DNA from: Elusimicrobiota bacterium
GTDB lineage: Bacteria; Elusimicrobiota; Elusimicrobia; FEN-1173
Length of the DNA stretch: 64,000 nucleotides
Direction of reading: 5' to 3'
Assembly (NCBI GenBank): GCA_016714745.1
Contig: JADKCG010000002.1
Coordinates: 25,161-89,160, forward strand
The first letter of the stretch is position 1. The number at the start of each line of letters is the position of its first letter. The translations under genes were made by a program, and so were the position numbers. Below are positions 56,461-64,000 of the stretch, one piece after another. Below the pieces are notes generated by a model. The model was not told where the DNA came from, made no database searches, and saw only the letters and a list, made by a program, of their open reading frames with translations.

Positions 56461-57804
56461 TTAGGATTGGCTGCCTGCACCGACGTTAAACCAACGGCCT
56501 TTCACTCGCCCTGTCTTGGAAAATCCCTCGTAATGCCGCATGATGAGATGCGACTCCAACTGACCCACCGTGTCTAAAGCCACCCCCACAACAATCAAAA
56601 TCGACGTCCCGCCAAAATAAAACGGAGTGTTCATCACACGGTGCAAAATGTCCGGCATAATGGCCAGTGCCGCCACGAACAGCGCACCCCCCAAAGTGAT
56701 CCGCATTGACACCGCGTTGATGTATTCGGCCGTGGGTTCGCCCGGACGAATCCCCGGAATAAATCCCCCCCACTTTTTTAGGTTATCCGCCAAATCCACG
56801 GGATTGAATGAAACGGAATTGTAAAAGTAGCAAAAGAAAATAATCAAACCCGCATACGTCGCTTCGTACCACAAAGCCCGCTGGTTCCAAAGACCCAAAA
56901 TTCGTTTCGACCACTCGCCGTCAGGATTAAAACTGGCGAATGTCACCGGCACCGACAAAAGTGACACGGCGAAAATCACCGCGATCACCCCGGACTGGTT
57001 CACTTTTAACGGCAAAAACGTGCTGGCGCCCCCGTACATTTTCCGTCCGACCATACGCCGCGCGTATTGCACAGGAATTTTTCGTTGCGCCGTTTCCACC
57101 CAGACCACTAACCCCACCACAATCACCACCAGCGCCCCTAGGCTCAACGCCGTCAACAGAGACATTTCCTGAAGATCGAACACCATTTTCCGCATTTGGT
57201 TCAACGAGCTCGGCAGACGGTCCACAATGCCGGTAAAAATCATCAACGAAATCCCGTTGCCGACCCCCCACTCCGTGATCTGTTCGCCCAACCACATAAT
57301 GAAAATGGTCCCGGCAGTGAGCGTGAGCACCGTCGTGAAAATGAAAAGCGCCCCGGGTTCCCGAACCACCGCAATTTCGTTGCCGAGCCGAATTTTCGTG
57401 ATCAAGGTCGTCAATCCGAACGACTGGATCACCGCCAAAAGCAATGTAAAATACCGCGTGATCTTGTTTAGTTGGCGGCGGCCACTTTCGCCCTCTTTGG
57501 CCAACCGGTCAAGATAGGGAATCACATGGGCCCCTTGCAACAAACTCATAATGATCGACGAGTTGATGTAGGGCATGACCCCCATGGCAAAAATCGACAT
57601 CCGGCTCATGGCCCCGCCGGAAAACATGTCTAAAAAACCGAGAAAATTGTTGGCTTGGGACTTAAAGAGCTGTTGAATCGCCGTCGAGTCAATGCCGGGA
57701 ATCGGAATGGCCACGCCCACGCGATAGACCACTAAAATTCCTAAAGTAAAGAACACCCGTTTTCGAAGTTCTGGAATTTTGAAAATATCAGCGAAGGATT
57801 GCAT
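56461..57804 (-). CDS. secY: preprotein translocase subunit SecY
   Basis: IPELRKRVFFTLGILVVYRVG..IPIPGID...FAMGVMPYI.SSII. 447 aa. Confidence 0.97.
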   Translation of the reverse strand: MQSFADIFKIPELRKRVFFTLGILVVYRVGVAIPIPGIDSTAIQQLFKSQANNFLGFLDMFSGGAMSRMSIFAMGVMPYINSSIIMSLLQGAHVIPYLDRLAKEGESGRRQLNKITRYFTLLLAVIQSFGLTTLITKIRLGNEIAVVREPGALFIFTTVLTLTAGTIFIMWLGEQITEWGVGNGISLMIFTGIVDRLPSSLNQMRKMVFDLQEMSLLTALSLGALVVIVVGLVVWVETAQRKIPVQYARRMVGRKMYGGASTFLPLKVNQSGVIAVIFAVSLLSVPVTFASFNPDGEWSKRILGLWNQRALWYEATYAGLIIFFCYFYNSVSFNPVDLADNLKKWGGFIPGIRPGEPTAEYINAVSMRITLGGALFVAALAIMPDILHRVMNTPFYFGGTSILIVVGVALDTVGQLESHLIMRHYEGFSKTGRVKGRWFNVGAGSQS

Positions 57805-57832
57805 CAGCGCACCGCAATCCGGGGATCAAAAG

Positions 57833-58315
57833 TCATTTCGCCCGCTTCCAGACCTTCGCGCCAGGAATCAACTCGGCCCGGCCCCCGGCCTTTTCCAATT
57901 TCACTTTCGCCGAACCAGAAAACTTGTCGGCCTTGACCACAAACGCTTTGCTCACGTCGCCGTCGCCCAACACTTTGACCGGATGGCGGCCCTTGATGAG
58001 GCCGGCCGAGCGCAACATGTCCGGCGTCACTTCCCCGGGCTGGGCGATCACGGCATTGATGTCTCCCACGTTCACTAACGAATACACGGTACGAAACGCC
58101 GTCGTCTTGAACCCCCGTTTGGGGATGCGGCGGATCAGCGGAATTTGGCCGCCTTCGAACCCTTGTTTCATATGAGAGTCGCCGGACCGGGCGGTTTGGC
58201 CCTTAAACCCGCGCGTCGATCCCTTTCCCCCATGGCCGGACCCTTCGCCTCGACCAACAATTTTTCGCCGGTGACGTGAACCGGGCGCGGGTTTCAATGT
58301 GTTCAAACGAATCAT
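57833..58315 (-). CDS. rplO: 50S ribosomal protein L15
   Basis: MIRLNTLKPAPGSRHRRKIVGRGEGSGHGGKGSTRGFKGQ...EGGQIPLIRR.PKRGF. 160 aa. Confidence 0.95.
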   Translation of the reverse strand: MIRLNTLKPAPGSRHRRKIVGRGEGSGHGGKGSTRGFKGQTARSGDSHMKQGFEGGQIPLIRRIPKRGFKTTAFRTVYSLVNVGDINAVIAQPGEVTPDMLRSAGLIKGRHPVKVLGDGDVSKAFVVKADKFSGSAKVKLEKAGGRAELIPGAKVWKRAK

Positions 58316-58369
58316 GGTTAAGTCCCTTATAAATAGGTTGCTGTCAAATCATTCATTCCACATCCACGG

Positions 58370-58395
58370 CACACGGGCAGGATGCCCGTGCTACA
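58370..58395. repeat. hairpin repeat family B, copy 2 (gcacacgggca ggat gcccgtgctac)
   Basis: Read directly. Lies in the 90-bp rpsE-rplO spacer, where rpmD (L30) would normally be. Confidence 0.8.
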
Positions 58396-58405
58396 AATGC
58401 AAAAA

Positions 58406-58921
58406 CTAGGCAGGGACGGCGACCGGTCGGGGGGCGGGCATTTCTTTGCCACGCCGACGATAGGAGTCTTCCCGCGTCTCCAAGTCTTTTAAGCCGGCCA
58501 GCGTGGCGTAGACCACATTGAACGGGTTGGTGCTTCGAAGCGATTTACTCAAAATATCGCGAACCCCCGCGGCTTCCACCACGGCGCGGACACTGCCGCC
58601 GGCGATAACGCCGGTCCCTGAAACAGCGGGTTTCAACAGAACCGTTCCCGCGCCAAAAATACCGGTCACTTCGTGGGGAATCGTCCCGTTCTTAATCGGA
58701 ATCTTAACGATGGTTTTTTTTGCGTGGGACACCGCTTTTTGGATGGCCGCCTGCACTTCTTTGGCTTTACCAATCGCCGCGCCGACATGGCCCGCCCCGT
58801 CCCCCACCACCACCAGAGCGCTGAACGAAAAACGTTTACCGCCCTTCACAACTTTCGCCACCCGGTTAATGGTGACCACGGTTTCTTTTAAGTTTAAACT
58901 GTTCGCGTCAATTCTTGGCAC
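58406..58921 (-). CDS. rpsE: 30S ribosomal protein S5
   Basis: [45 protein letters not shown]. 171 aa. Confidence 0.95.
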   Translation of the reverse strand: MPRIDANSLNLKETVVTINRVAKVVKGGKRFSFSALVVVGDGAGHVGAAIGKAKEVQAAIQKAVSHAKKTIVKIPIKNGTIPHEVTGIFGAGTVLLKPAVSGTGVIAGGSVRAVVEAAGVRDILSKSLRSTNPFNVVYATLAGLKDLETREDSYRRRGKEMPAPRPVAVPA

Positions 58922-58932
58922 ATGGACTCCTG

Positions 58933-59298
58933 TTAAAAGCTCAGACCCGCCGCGCGGGCTCCGTCGGCAACCGCTTTGATGCGGCCGTGATAGGCCCGCC
59001 CGCCGCGGTCAAAAACGGCTCGGCTGATATGAATCGCTTTCGCTTTTTCCGCGATCGCTTGCCCCACCTTCGTGGCGGCGTCAACGTTCGCCCCGGTCTT
59101 CAGCGTTTTCTTAAGATCACCGCTCAGACTCGACGCCGCGGCCAACGTTTTCCCCGCGGTATCGTCCACCAGCTGGGCATACATATGGCGTTGGGCGCGA
59201 TAAACCGACAAGCGCGGTTTCTCCGCCGTGCCGAAAATTTTTCGCCGACCGCGTAGTCGACGGAACGCCAGACGTTCTTGGGGACTTTTTAAACTCAT
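58933..59298 (-). CDS. rplR: 50S ribosomal protein L18
   Basis: [21 protein letters not shown]...HMYAQLVDD...DRGG..YHGR.KA.AD.AR..GL.F. 121 aa. Confidence 0.95.
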   Translation of the reverse strand: MSLKSPQERLAFRRLRGRRKIFGTAEKPRLSVYRAQRHMYAQLVDDTAGKTLAAASSLSGDLKKTLKTGANVDAATKVGQAIAEKAKAIHISRAVFDRGGRAYHGRIKAVADGARAAGLSF

Positions 59299-59879
59299 TT
59301 CTTGGCTCCTCCCGCGGCGCCTGTGGCACCCGCCGCGGCTTTGCCGGCTTTGCGGCGCACATGTTCCGTCGTGTAACGGATACCCACCGGTTCGTTGTTG
59401 GCCCAGTACACTCCGGGCCGACGGAACCGACGAATCTCGGCGGCCACTTGGCCCACCCGTTCTTTGTCTGCCCCTTGAACCACCAAACCGGTCTGTTTGG
59501 CGTCAACGGTCACCTTAATGCCCGCGGGGATCGTGTAGTGGATGGGATGGGAAAACCCAAGCGTCATGGACAAATCGTTCCCCGTCAACGTGGCGCGGAA
59601 CCCCACACCGCCGATCTTCAGTTCTTTCGTAAACCCCGAAAGAGACCCTTCCACCATGTTGGACAAAAGTTTTCGGAACGTCCCGTGCAGAGACCGCTGT
59701 CGCGTGCTGTCGTCACGGCGGTCGACAACCAAAACGCCTTTGTCGAGATGCGCCGTGAGACCTTCCGGCAGGGTTCGGCTCAGTTGGCCCAGAGGACCCG
59801 TCACGCTGACCAACGGACCTTGAATCGAGACTTTGACTTTATCTGAAACGGGAATCGGTTTTTTTCCAAGTCGGCTCAT
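59295..59879 (-). CDS. rplF: 50S ribosomal protein L6 with a Gly/Ala/Lys tail
   Basis: [16 protein letters not shown]...GPLG...[10 protein letters not shown]...GFSHP. 194 aa. Confidence 0.95.
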   Translation of the reverse strand: MSRLGKKPIPVSDKVKVSIQGPLVSVTGPLGQLSRTLPEGLTAHLDKGVLVVDRRDDSTRQRSLHGTFRKLLSNMVEGSLSGFTKELKIGGVGFRATLTGNDLSMTLGFSHPIHYTIPAGIKVTVDAKQTGLVVQGADKERVGQVAAEIRRFRRPGVYWANNEPVGIRYTTEHVRRKAGKAAAGATGAAGGAKK

Positions 59880-59886
59880 GGCATTT

Positions 59887-60282
59887 TTACCAAACTTTGG
59901 CGATCACTTCGCCACCGAGTTTCCGTTTGCGCGATTGGTGATCGGTCATCAACCCTTTGGACGTCGAGACAATCGTCATTCCCAACCCCCCGCGCACTTT
60001 CCCCAATTCTTCAAACCCTTTGTACACCCGCAGGCCCGGACGAGACACCCGGCGCACGCCCTGGATGACCCGAACCTTGTTGGGCTGATATTTCAGAAAC
60101 AACCGGAGCACGCCCTGTTTCCGGTCGGGCAACACTTTGTAATCGGCAATGTAGCCCTCTTCCCTCAACAAATGGGCGATGTCTTTCTTCGCGCTGGACG
60201 ACGGCAAATCCACACGTTCCATAAACTTGTGGTTCGCGTTATTGATCATGGCGAACATGTCGCTGATCGGATCTTGGCTCAT
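59887..60282 (-). CDS. rpsH: 30S ribosomal protein S8
   Basis: DPISDMFAMINNA...LLREEGYI.DYKV...ISRPGLRVY...GGLGMTIVSTSKG.MTD...GGEVIAKVW. 131 aa. Confidence 0.95.
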   Translation of the reverse strand: MSQDPISDMFAMINNANHKFMERVDLPSSSAKKDIAHLLREEGYIADYKVLPDRKQGVLRLFLKYQPNKVRVIQGVRRVSRPGLRVYKGFEELGKVRGGLGMTIVSTSKGLMTDHQSRKRKLGGEVIAKVW

Positions 60283-60310
60283 GGGTTCCCCTTCTCTCCT
60301 AAATCAATCG

Positions 60311-60496
60311 TTACCAACTGGACTTCGTGACGCCCGGGATTTCCCCGCGCAGGGCCAGATTTCGAAAACAGATCCGGCACAAACCAAAATCCCTATAAAA
60401 CGCCCGCGGACGGCCACAGAGCCGGCACCGGTTTCGATAGCGCCCCGCAAACTTCAGGGGCTTTCGCATTTTCGCGATCCACGCTGTTGTGGCCAT
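60311..60496 (-). CDS. rpsN: 30S ribosomal protein S14, short zinc-binding type Z
   Basis: 61 aa. [42 protein letters not shown] (CxxC...CxxC). Confidence 0.95.
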   Translation of the reverse strand: MATTAWIAKMRKPLKFAGRYRNRCRLCGRPRAFYRDFGLCRICFRNLALRGEIPGVTKSSW

Positions 60497-60620
60497 AGTC
60501 GAGTTAACTCCTCAATTAGTTCCTGCTCTTAAAATCCCATCGGTGCCCCTTTTCAGGGAAACGGGGGACAACGGCTAAAATTTTTCTTCCTGCAACGACG
60601 TTCGAGAAATTGTGTCTCTT

Positions 60621-60645
60621 CAAAAACCCAGGCGATTTCGCCCGG
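60621..60645 (-). terminator. intrinsic-terminator-like hairpin just downstream of rplE, inside the spc operon
   Basis: The minus strand reads CCGGGCG AAAT CGCCTGG G TTTTT (7-bp stem with one G-U pair, then a U-run). Confidence 0.4.
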
Positions 60646-60657
60646 TCCACGGCCGCC

Positions 60658-61254
60658 TTAGGCGGCTTTTTCGACGGCCGCCTTATCCCGCTTGAAAGGC
60701 ATGCCGAGAAGCGCCAACACTTCCAACGCCGGTTCGTCTTTCCCTGCGTTGGTGACAATGGTGACGTTCATCCCGCGCGGTTTGTCGGATTTGTCCAAAT
60801 CAATTTCCGGAAAAACATATTGCTCCGTCAAACCCAAATTGTAATTGCCCTGCCCGTCAAACCCCCGTTTCGGGTCTACCCCACGGAAATCGCGGATGCG
60901 GGGCATGGCAATGTTCACAAGTCGGTCCAGGAAATCCCACATCCGCCCCGCACGGAGGGTGACCCGCACACCGATCGGCATCCCTTCCCGCAATTTAAAA
61001 TTCGAAATGGCTTTCTTGGCCCGTCGAACCTGCGCTTTTTGCCCCGTGAACGCCGCGATTTCTTCCGCCGCGAGATCCACCACTTTAGCGTTTTCTCGCG
61101 CTTCCGACAAACCAATGTTAACCACCACCTTTTGGATCCGCGGCACTTGCAACGCGTTGGTCCAACTGTGGCGTTTCATCATTTCCGGCACCACACCGGT
61201 GCGGTACAATTCTTTCATGCGGTTTTCAAATTTTTTTGTTTCGTCGTTTGACAT
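60658..61254 (-). CDS. rplE: 50S ribosomal protein L5
   Basis: NALQVPRIQKVVVNIG...AISNFKLREGMPIG..VTLR...MWDFLDRL...PRIRDFRG...FDG.GNYNLG..EQ..FPEI. 198 aa. Confidence 0.95.
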   Translation of the reverse strand: MSNDETKKFENRMKELYRTGVVPEMMKRHSWTNALQVPRIQKVVVNIGLSEARENAKVVDLAAEEIAAFTGQKAQVRRAKKAISNFKLREGMPIGVRVTLRAGRMWDFLDRLVNIAMPRIRDFRGVDPKRGFDGQGNYNLGLTEQYVFPEIDLDKSDKPRGMNVTIVTNAGKDEPALEVLALLGMPFKRDKAAVEKAA

Positions 61255-61303
61255 CGAACACCCTCACTTGAGATCGTCCATCGAAATCCAACTCACTCCA
61301 ACA

Positions 61304-61365
61304 GCACACAGGCAAGCCGTTCCCACACGGCACTTCCGCTTACGCGGTCGGATGCCCGTGCTACA
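61304..61365. repeat. hairpin repeat family B, copy 3, with a roughly 33-nt insertion in the loop
   Basis: gcacacaggcaag ... ggatgcccgtgctac flanks an inner segment (ccgttcccacacggcacttccgcttacgcggtc). Lies in the 280-bp rplX-rplE spacer. Confidence 0.7.
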
Positions 61366-61515
61366 AAGACAAATACGTTAAACCTGTTCCTGCGCCGTGG
61401 ACCAGAGATCATCTCTTCACCCCAAGGCGCCCCACAAATGGGTCAACCACAAAAACCAGCCGTTCCTAGACCCTTGAAACCCCCAAAAAAAACGCGCCCA
61501 AAAACACGCTTTGTG

Positions 61516-61535
61516 AAAAAAGGGCCGAATGGCCC
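61516..61535 (-). terminator. intrinsic-terminator-like hairpin overlapping the rplX stop codon, inside the spc operon
   Basis: The minus strand reads taG GGCC ATTC GGCCC TTTTTT (5-bp all-GC stem, 4-nt loop, U6). Confidence 0.45.
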
Positions 61536-61852
61536 TAGCCGATCATTTCGCCGCAGTGGCGGCAGACGCGCGCTTTTGTGCCGTCGGAAATCGTGCCCAC
61601 TTTGAAACGGGTGGCTTTGCCGCATTTCGGACACACCAATTTCACTTTACTGAGCGGCAGATACGCTTCTTTATCTTGAATCCCCCCGGGTTTCTGGGGC
61701 GTGCCTTTCGCGTGCTTTTTGACCATGTTCACCTTGGCCACGAGCACGCGCCCTTTCACTCGGTCCACTTCGATGACATCGCCTTGTTTGCCGCGATCTT
61801 TTCCGGCCAAAACCAAAACCTTGTCTTTCTTACGGATAGGGGCGATGGCCAT
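61535..61852 (-). CDS. rplX: 50S ribosomal protein L24 with a CxxC...CxxC C-terminal tail
   Basis: IRKKDKVLVLAGKDRGKQGDVIEV...VNMVKKH...CPKCGKATR...CRHCGE. 105 aa. Confidence 0.95.
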   Translation of the reverse strand: MAIAPIRKKDKVLVLAGKDRGKQGDVIEVDRVKGRVLVAKVNMVKKHAKGTPQKPGGIQDKEAYLPLSKVKLVCPKCGKATRFKVGTISDGTKARVCRHCGEMIG

Positions 61853-62220
61853 TACACCACCTCCGGCGCTAAAGAAATAATTTTTAAATAGTTGCGTTCC
61901 CGCAACTCACGGGCGATGGGCCCAAAGATCCGCGTGCCCCGGGGTTCGCCTTGATCGTCAATCAACACCGCCGCGTTGTCGTCAAACCGGACATAGCTGC
62001 CGTCAGGACGCGCGCTCTCTTTGCGCGTGCGAACCACAACGCATTTGACCACTTCGCCCTTTTTGACACTCGAATCGGGGAGCGCGGTTTGAACCGACGC
62101 GGTCACCAAATCGCCCAAAAACGCATATCGCCGACGGGACCCCCCGTGCATCCGGAACACCCGAACCAACCGGGCCCCGGAATTGTCGGCCACTCTCAAA
62201 ATGCTTCGTTCTTGAATCAC
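61852..62220 (-). CDS. rplN: 50S ribosomal protein L14
   Basis: [17 protein letters not shown]...[24 protein letters not shown]. 122 aa. Confidence 0.97.
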   Translation of the reverse strand: MIQERSILRVADNSGARLVRVFRMHGGSRRRYAFLGDLVTASVQTALPDSSVKKGEVVKCVVVRTRKESARPDGSYVRFDDNAAVLIDDQGEPRGTRIFGPIARELRERNYLKIISLAPEVV

Positions 62221-62525
62221 GGCGTCCCTCCCAGCACTTCTTCCAACGCCGGCCCCGTGTGCGCGCGTTTAACAACGCTCACCAACCGCCACCGCTTCGT
62301 TTTGGACAGAGGCCGGGTTTCCATCACTTGCACTCGGTCCCCCGCCTTGCTTTCATTTTTTTCGTCGTGCGCATAAATCTTGGTGGACCGGGTCAGCACT
62401 TTCGCGTAACTGCCGTGGCGCAATCGCCTCTCCACCGACACCACGCGGGTTTTGTTCATCTTGTCGGAAAGCACCAGGCCTTCCACTACTTTTCGATCAT
62501 CGCGCTCGATCTGAGGTACGGTCAC
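62217..62525 (-). CDS. rpsQ: 30S ribosomal protein S17
   Basis: [21 protein letters not shown]......K.YAHDE.N....GD.V...[11 protein letters not shown]. 102 aa. Confidence 0.95.
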   Translation of the reverse strand: MTVPQIERDDRKVVEGLVLSDKMNKTRVVSVERRLRHGSYAKVLTRSTKIYAHDEKNESKAGDRVQVMETRPLSKTKRWRLVSVVKRAHTGPALEEVLGGTP

Positions 62526-62728
62526 GCGGAGACTCCCTTTTGCCTTAAGAACGTCAGCGCCCGCGCAATGGTCCGCCGGGTCGTCCGAATTTGCCGCGGG
62601 TTCTTTAACGGCGCGGTCGTGTTCTGAAATTTTAACTGAAACAACTTTTCCTGGTTTTCACGAACCTTGACTTGAAGCTCATCGCTCGTCAACTCAGAAA
62701 ATTTGATCTCGTCTTTTTTCTTGGCCAT
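62522..62728 (-). CDS. rpmC: 50S ribosomal protein L29
   Basis: [35 protein letters not shown]. Internal Met of the 79 aa track ORF, 10 nt after the rplP stop. Confidence 0.9.
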   Translation of the reverse strand: MAKKKDEIKFSELTSDELQVKVRENQEKLFQLKFQNTTAPLKNPRQIRTTRRTIARALTFLRQKGVSA

Positions 62729-62738
62729 GGAATTTTTC

Positions 62739-63152
62739 CTAGAAATGGTCCCGCGCCACAAGGCGCGTGGAGATGGGCAATTTATGCCCCGCCAGTCTCA
62801 TCGCTTCTTTGGCTTGCTCCGCCGTCACGCCTTCAATCTCAAAGAGGATCCGGCCCGGTTTCACAACGGCCACCCAAAACTCCGCATTCCCTTTTCCTTT
62901 TCCCATCCGCGTTTCGGCCGGTTTCTTTGACACCGGCTTGTCCGGAAACACCCGAATCCACACTTTCCCGCCCTTCTTTAACGTGCGTGAAAGCGTGATC
63001 CGCGTGGCTTCGATTTGCCGCGCGGTGATCCAATGGGATTCCAACGCCTGCAATCCGTATTCACCGAACGCCACAAACCCGCCCGCTTTGGTGCGGCCTT
63101 TTAACCGGCCGCGATGGGACTTTCTATATTTGACGCGCGAAGGCATGAGCAT
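62739..63152 (-). CDS. rplP: 50S ribosomal protein L16
   Basis: [19 protein letters not shown]....[10 protein letters not shown].....IT.RQIEA.R. 137 aa. Confidence 0.97.
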   Translation of the reverse strand: MLMPSRVKYRKSHRGRLKGRTKAGGFVAFGEYGLQALESHWITARQIEATRITLSRTLKKGGKVWIRVFPDKPVSKKPAETRMGKGKGNAEFWVAVVKPGRILFEIEGVTAEQAKEAMRLAGHKLPISTRLVARDHF

Positions 63153-63155
63153 AAA

Positions 63156-63992
63156 TTACTCCACGTTCCCTTCACGTTTTTTTGCTTCGTCTTCTTCCTG
63201 CTGAATCTTGCTCATCACTTCTTCTTCGATCGCTTCCGCTTCCACCACCGGCTCCACAACGACCGTGGGTTCCAACGTTAAAAGCCCCGCTTCGGCTTTT
63301 TTCGCCAACTCTTCTTTTTCTTTTTCTTCGATCACGCGCACTTCCGCCATCAAATCCGCGTCGGTCTTTTGGAAAAGTTCTTTACGGAATATCCATGTTT
63401 TGATTCCGATGGTCCCCATCTTGATGCGCGCTTCCGTCGTCCCATAATCGATGTCGGCTCGGAACGTTTGGAGCGGCACCCGGCCCTCTTTTAGCCACTC
63501 GGTTCGGGCAATTTCCGCTCCACCCAACCGGCCCGCCACCATGATCTTGATGCCCAACGCGCCCCCCTGCATGGCGCGTTCCATAGACCGTTTCATGGCC
63601 CGGCGAAACCCCACCTGTTTCTCTAACTGCATGGCCACACCTTCCGCCACCAGCTGGGCATCCACTTCCGGCCGTTTTATTTCAATAATTTGGATCGCGG
63701 TCTTTAAACTTGTCATTTCTTCCACCACGTTCCGGAGCCCTTCAATATCGGCGCCTTTTTTGCCGATCACCAGGCCCGGCCGGGCGGTGTATATATTGAC
63801 GCGGAGATATTTCCCCGTACGTTCAATGCCGATCTTTGACACCGCCGCCAACTTAAGCCGCTCTTTTAAAAATTTGCGGATTTTAAAATCTTCCTCGATC
63901 AGGGTGGGCATCTCTTTGAGGTTCAGCCATTTAGAGTCCCACTCTCGAATGTAACCGAGACGTATTCCCTTGGGGTGCGTTTTGTTGCCCAT
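63156..63992 (-). CDS. rpsC: 30S ribosomal protein S3 with a long acidic C-terminal extension
   Basis: MGNKTHPKGIRLGYIREWDSKW...GRLGGAEIAR.EW..EGRVPLQT.RADIDYG. The last ~70 aa are Glu/Lys/Val-rich. 278 aa. Confidence 0.95.
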   Translation of the reverse strand: MGNKTHPKGIRLGYIREWDSKWLNLKEMPTLIEEDFKIRKFLKERLKLAAVSKIGIERTGKYLRVNIYTARPGLVIGKKGADIEGLRNVVEEMTSLKTAIQIIEIKRPEVDAQLVAEGVAMQLEKQVGFRRAMKRSMERAMQGGALGIKIMVAGRLGGAEIARTEWLKEGRVPLQTFRADIDYGTTEARIKMGTIGIKTWIFRKELFQKTDADLMAEVRVIEEKEKEELAKKAEAGLLTLEPTVVVEPVVEAEAIEEEVMSKIQQEEDEAKKREGNVE

Positions 63993-64000
63993 CGAAAATG

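Noticed and set aside
60652-60671. A plus-strand hairpin with a T-run (GCCGCC tta GGCGGC TTTTT) that looks like a perfect intrinsic terminator.
   Set aside because: It is on the non-coding strand and is generated by the rplE C-terminal codons (Ala-Ala-stop) and their flank. There are no plus-strand genes to terminate. At most it would block antisense transcription.

Overview
Bacterial window, probably from an uncultivated lineage. Every gene I can support (about 70) lies on the minus strand. There are no rRNA genes, tRNA genes or CRISPR arrays.

Layout:
(1) 1-38445: a more AT-rich block of 33 genes, tightly packed and often overlapping by ATGA. It is a surface-glycan / nonulosonic-acid island. 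It holds pseB, pseC, pseG and pseI, two further NeuB-family synthases, four cytidylyltransferases, four radical-SAM enzymes (two B12-type, two SPASM-type), five methyltransferases, a Wzx-like flippase, a GT-C-like membrane protein, three large uncharacterised GT-B-like proteins, and a DRE-TIM aldolase fused to a Cst-II/Maf-like domain.
(2) 38525-43891: a small accessory block. A GbsR-type regulator and an M4 protealysin-like protease are followed by an AlbA_2 protein, a lipoprotein and a coiled-coil protein, with the last four coupled by ATGA overlaps. It also holds a displaced emfourin-like gene and about 740 bp of repeat- and hairpin-dense non-coding DNA.
(3) 43930-64000: core genes. These are rng, rodA, mrdA, mreD, mreC and mreB, then the alpha, spc and part of the S10 ribosomal-protein operons (rplQ back to rpsC). 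rpmD is absent and several spacers are unusually long and structured.

At least eight genes, including essential mreB, rodA, mrdA and rpsK, are broken by single-base indels at short homopolymers. I read these as assembly errors rather than pseudogenes.

The most interesting candidates are the glycan island sub-modules, the ATGA-coupled protease operon, and the dispersed intergenic repeat families. All functional calls come from reading the supplied translations and my own hand translations. No database search was run.
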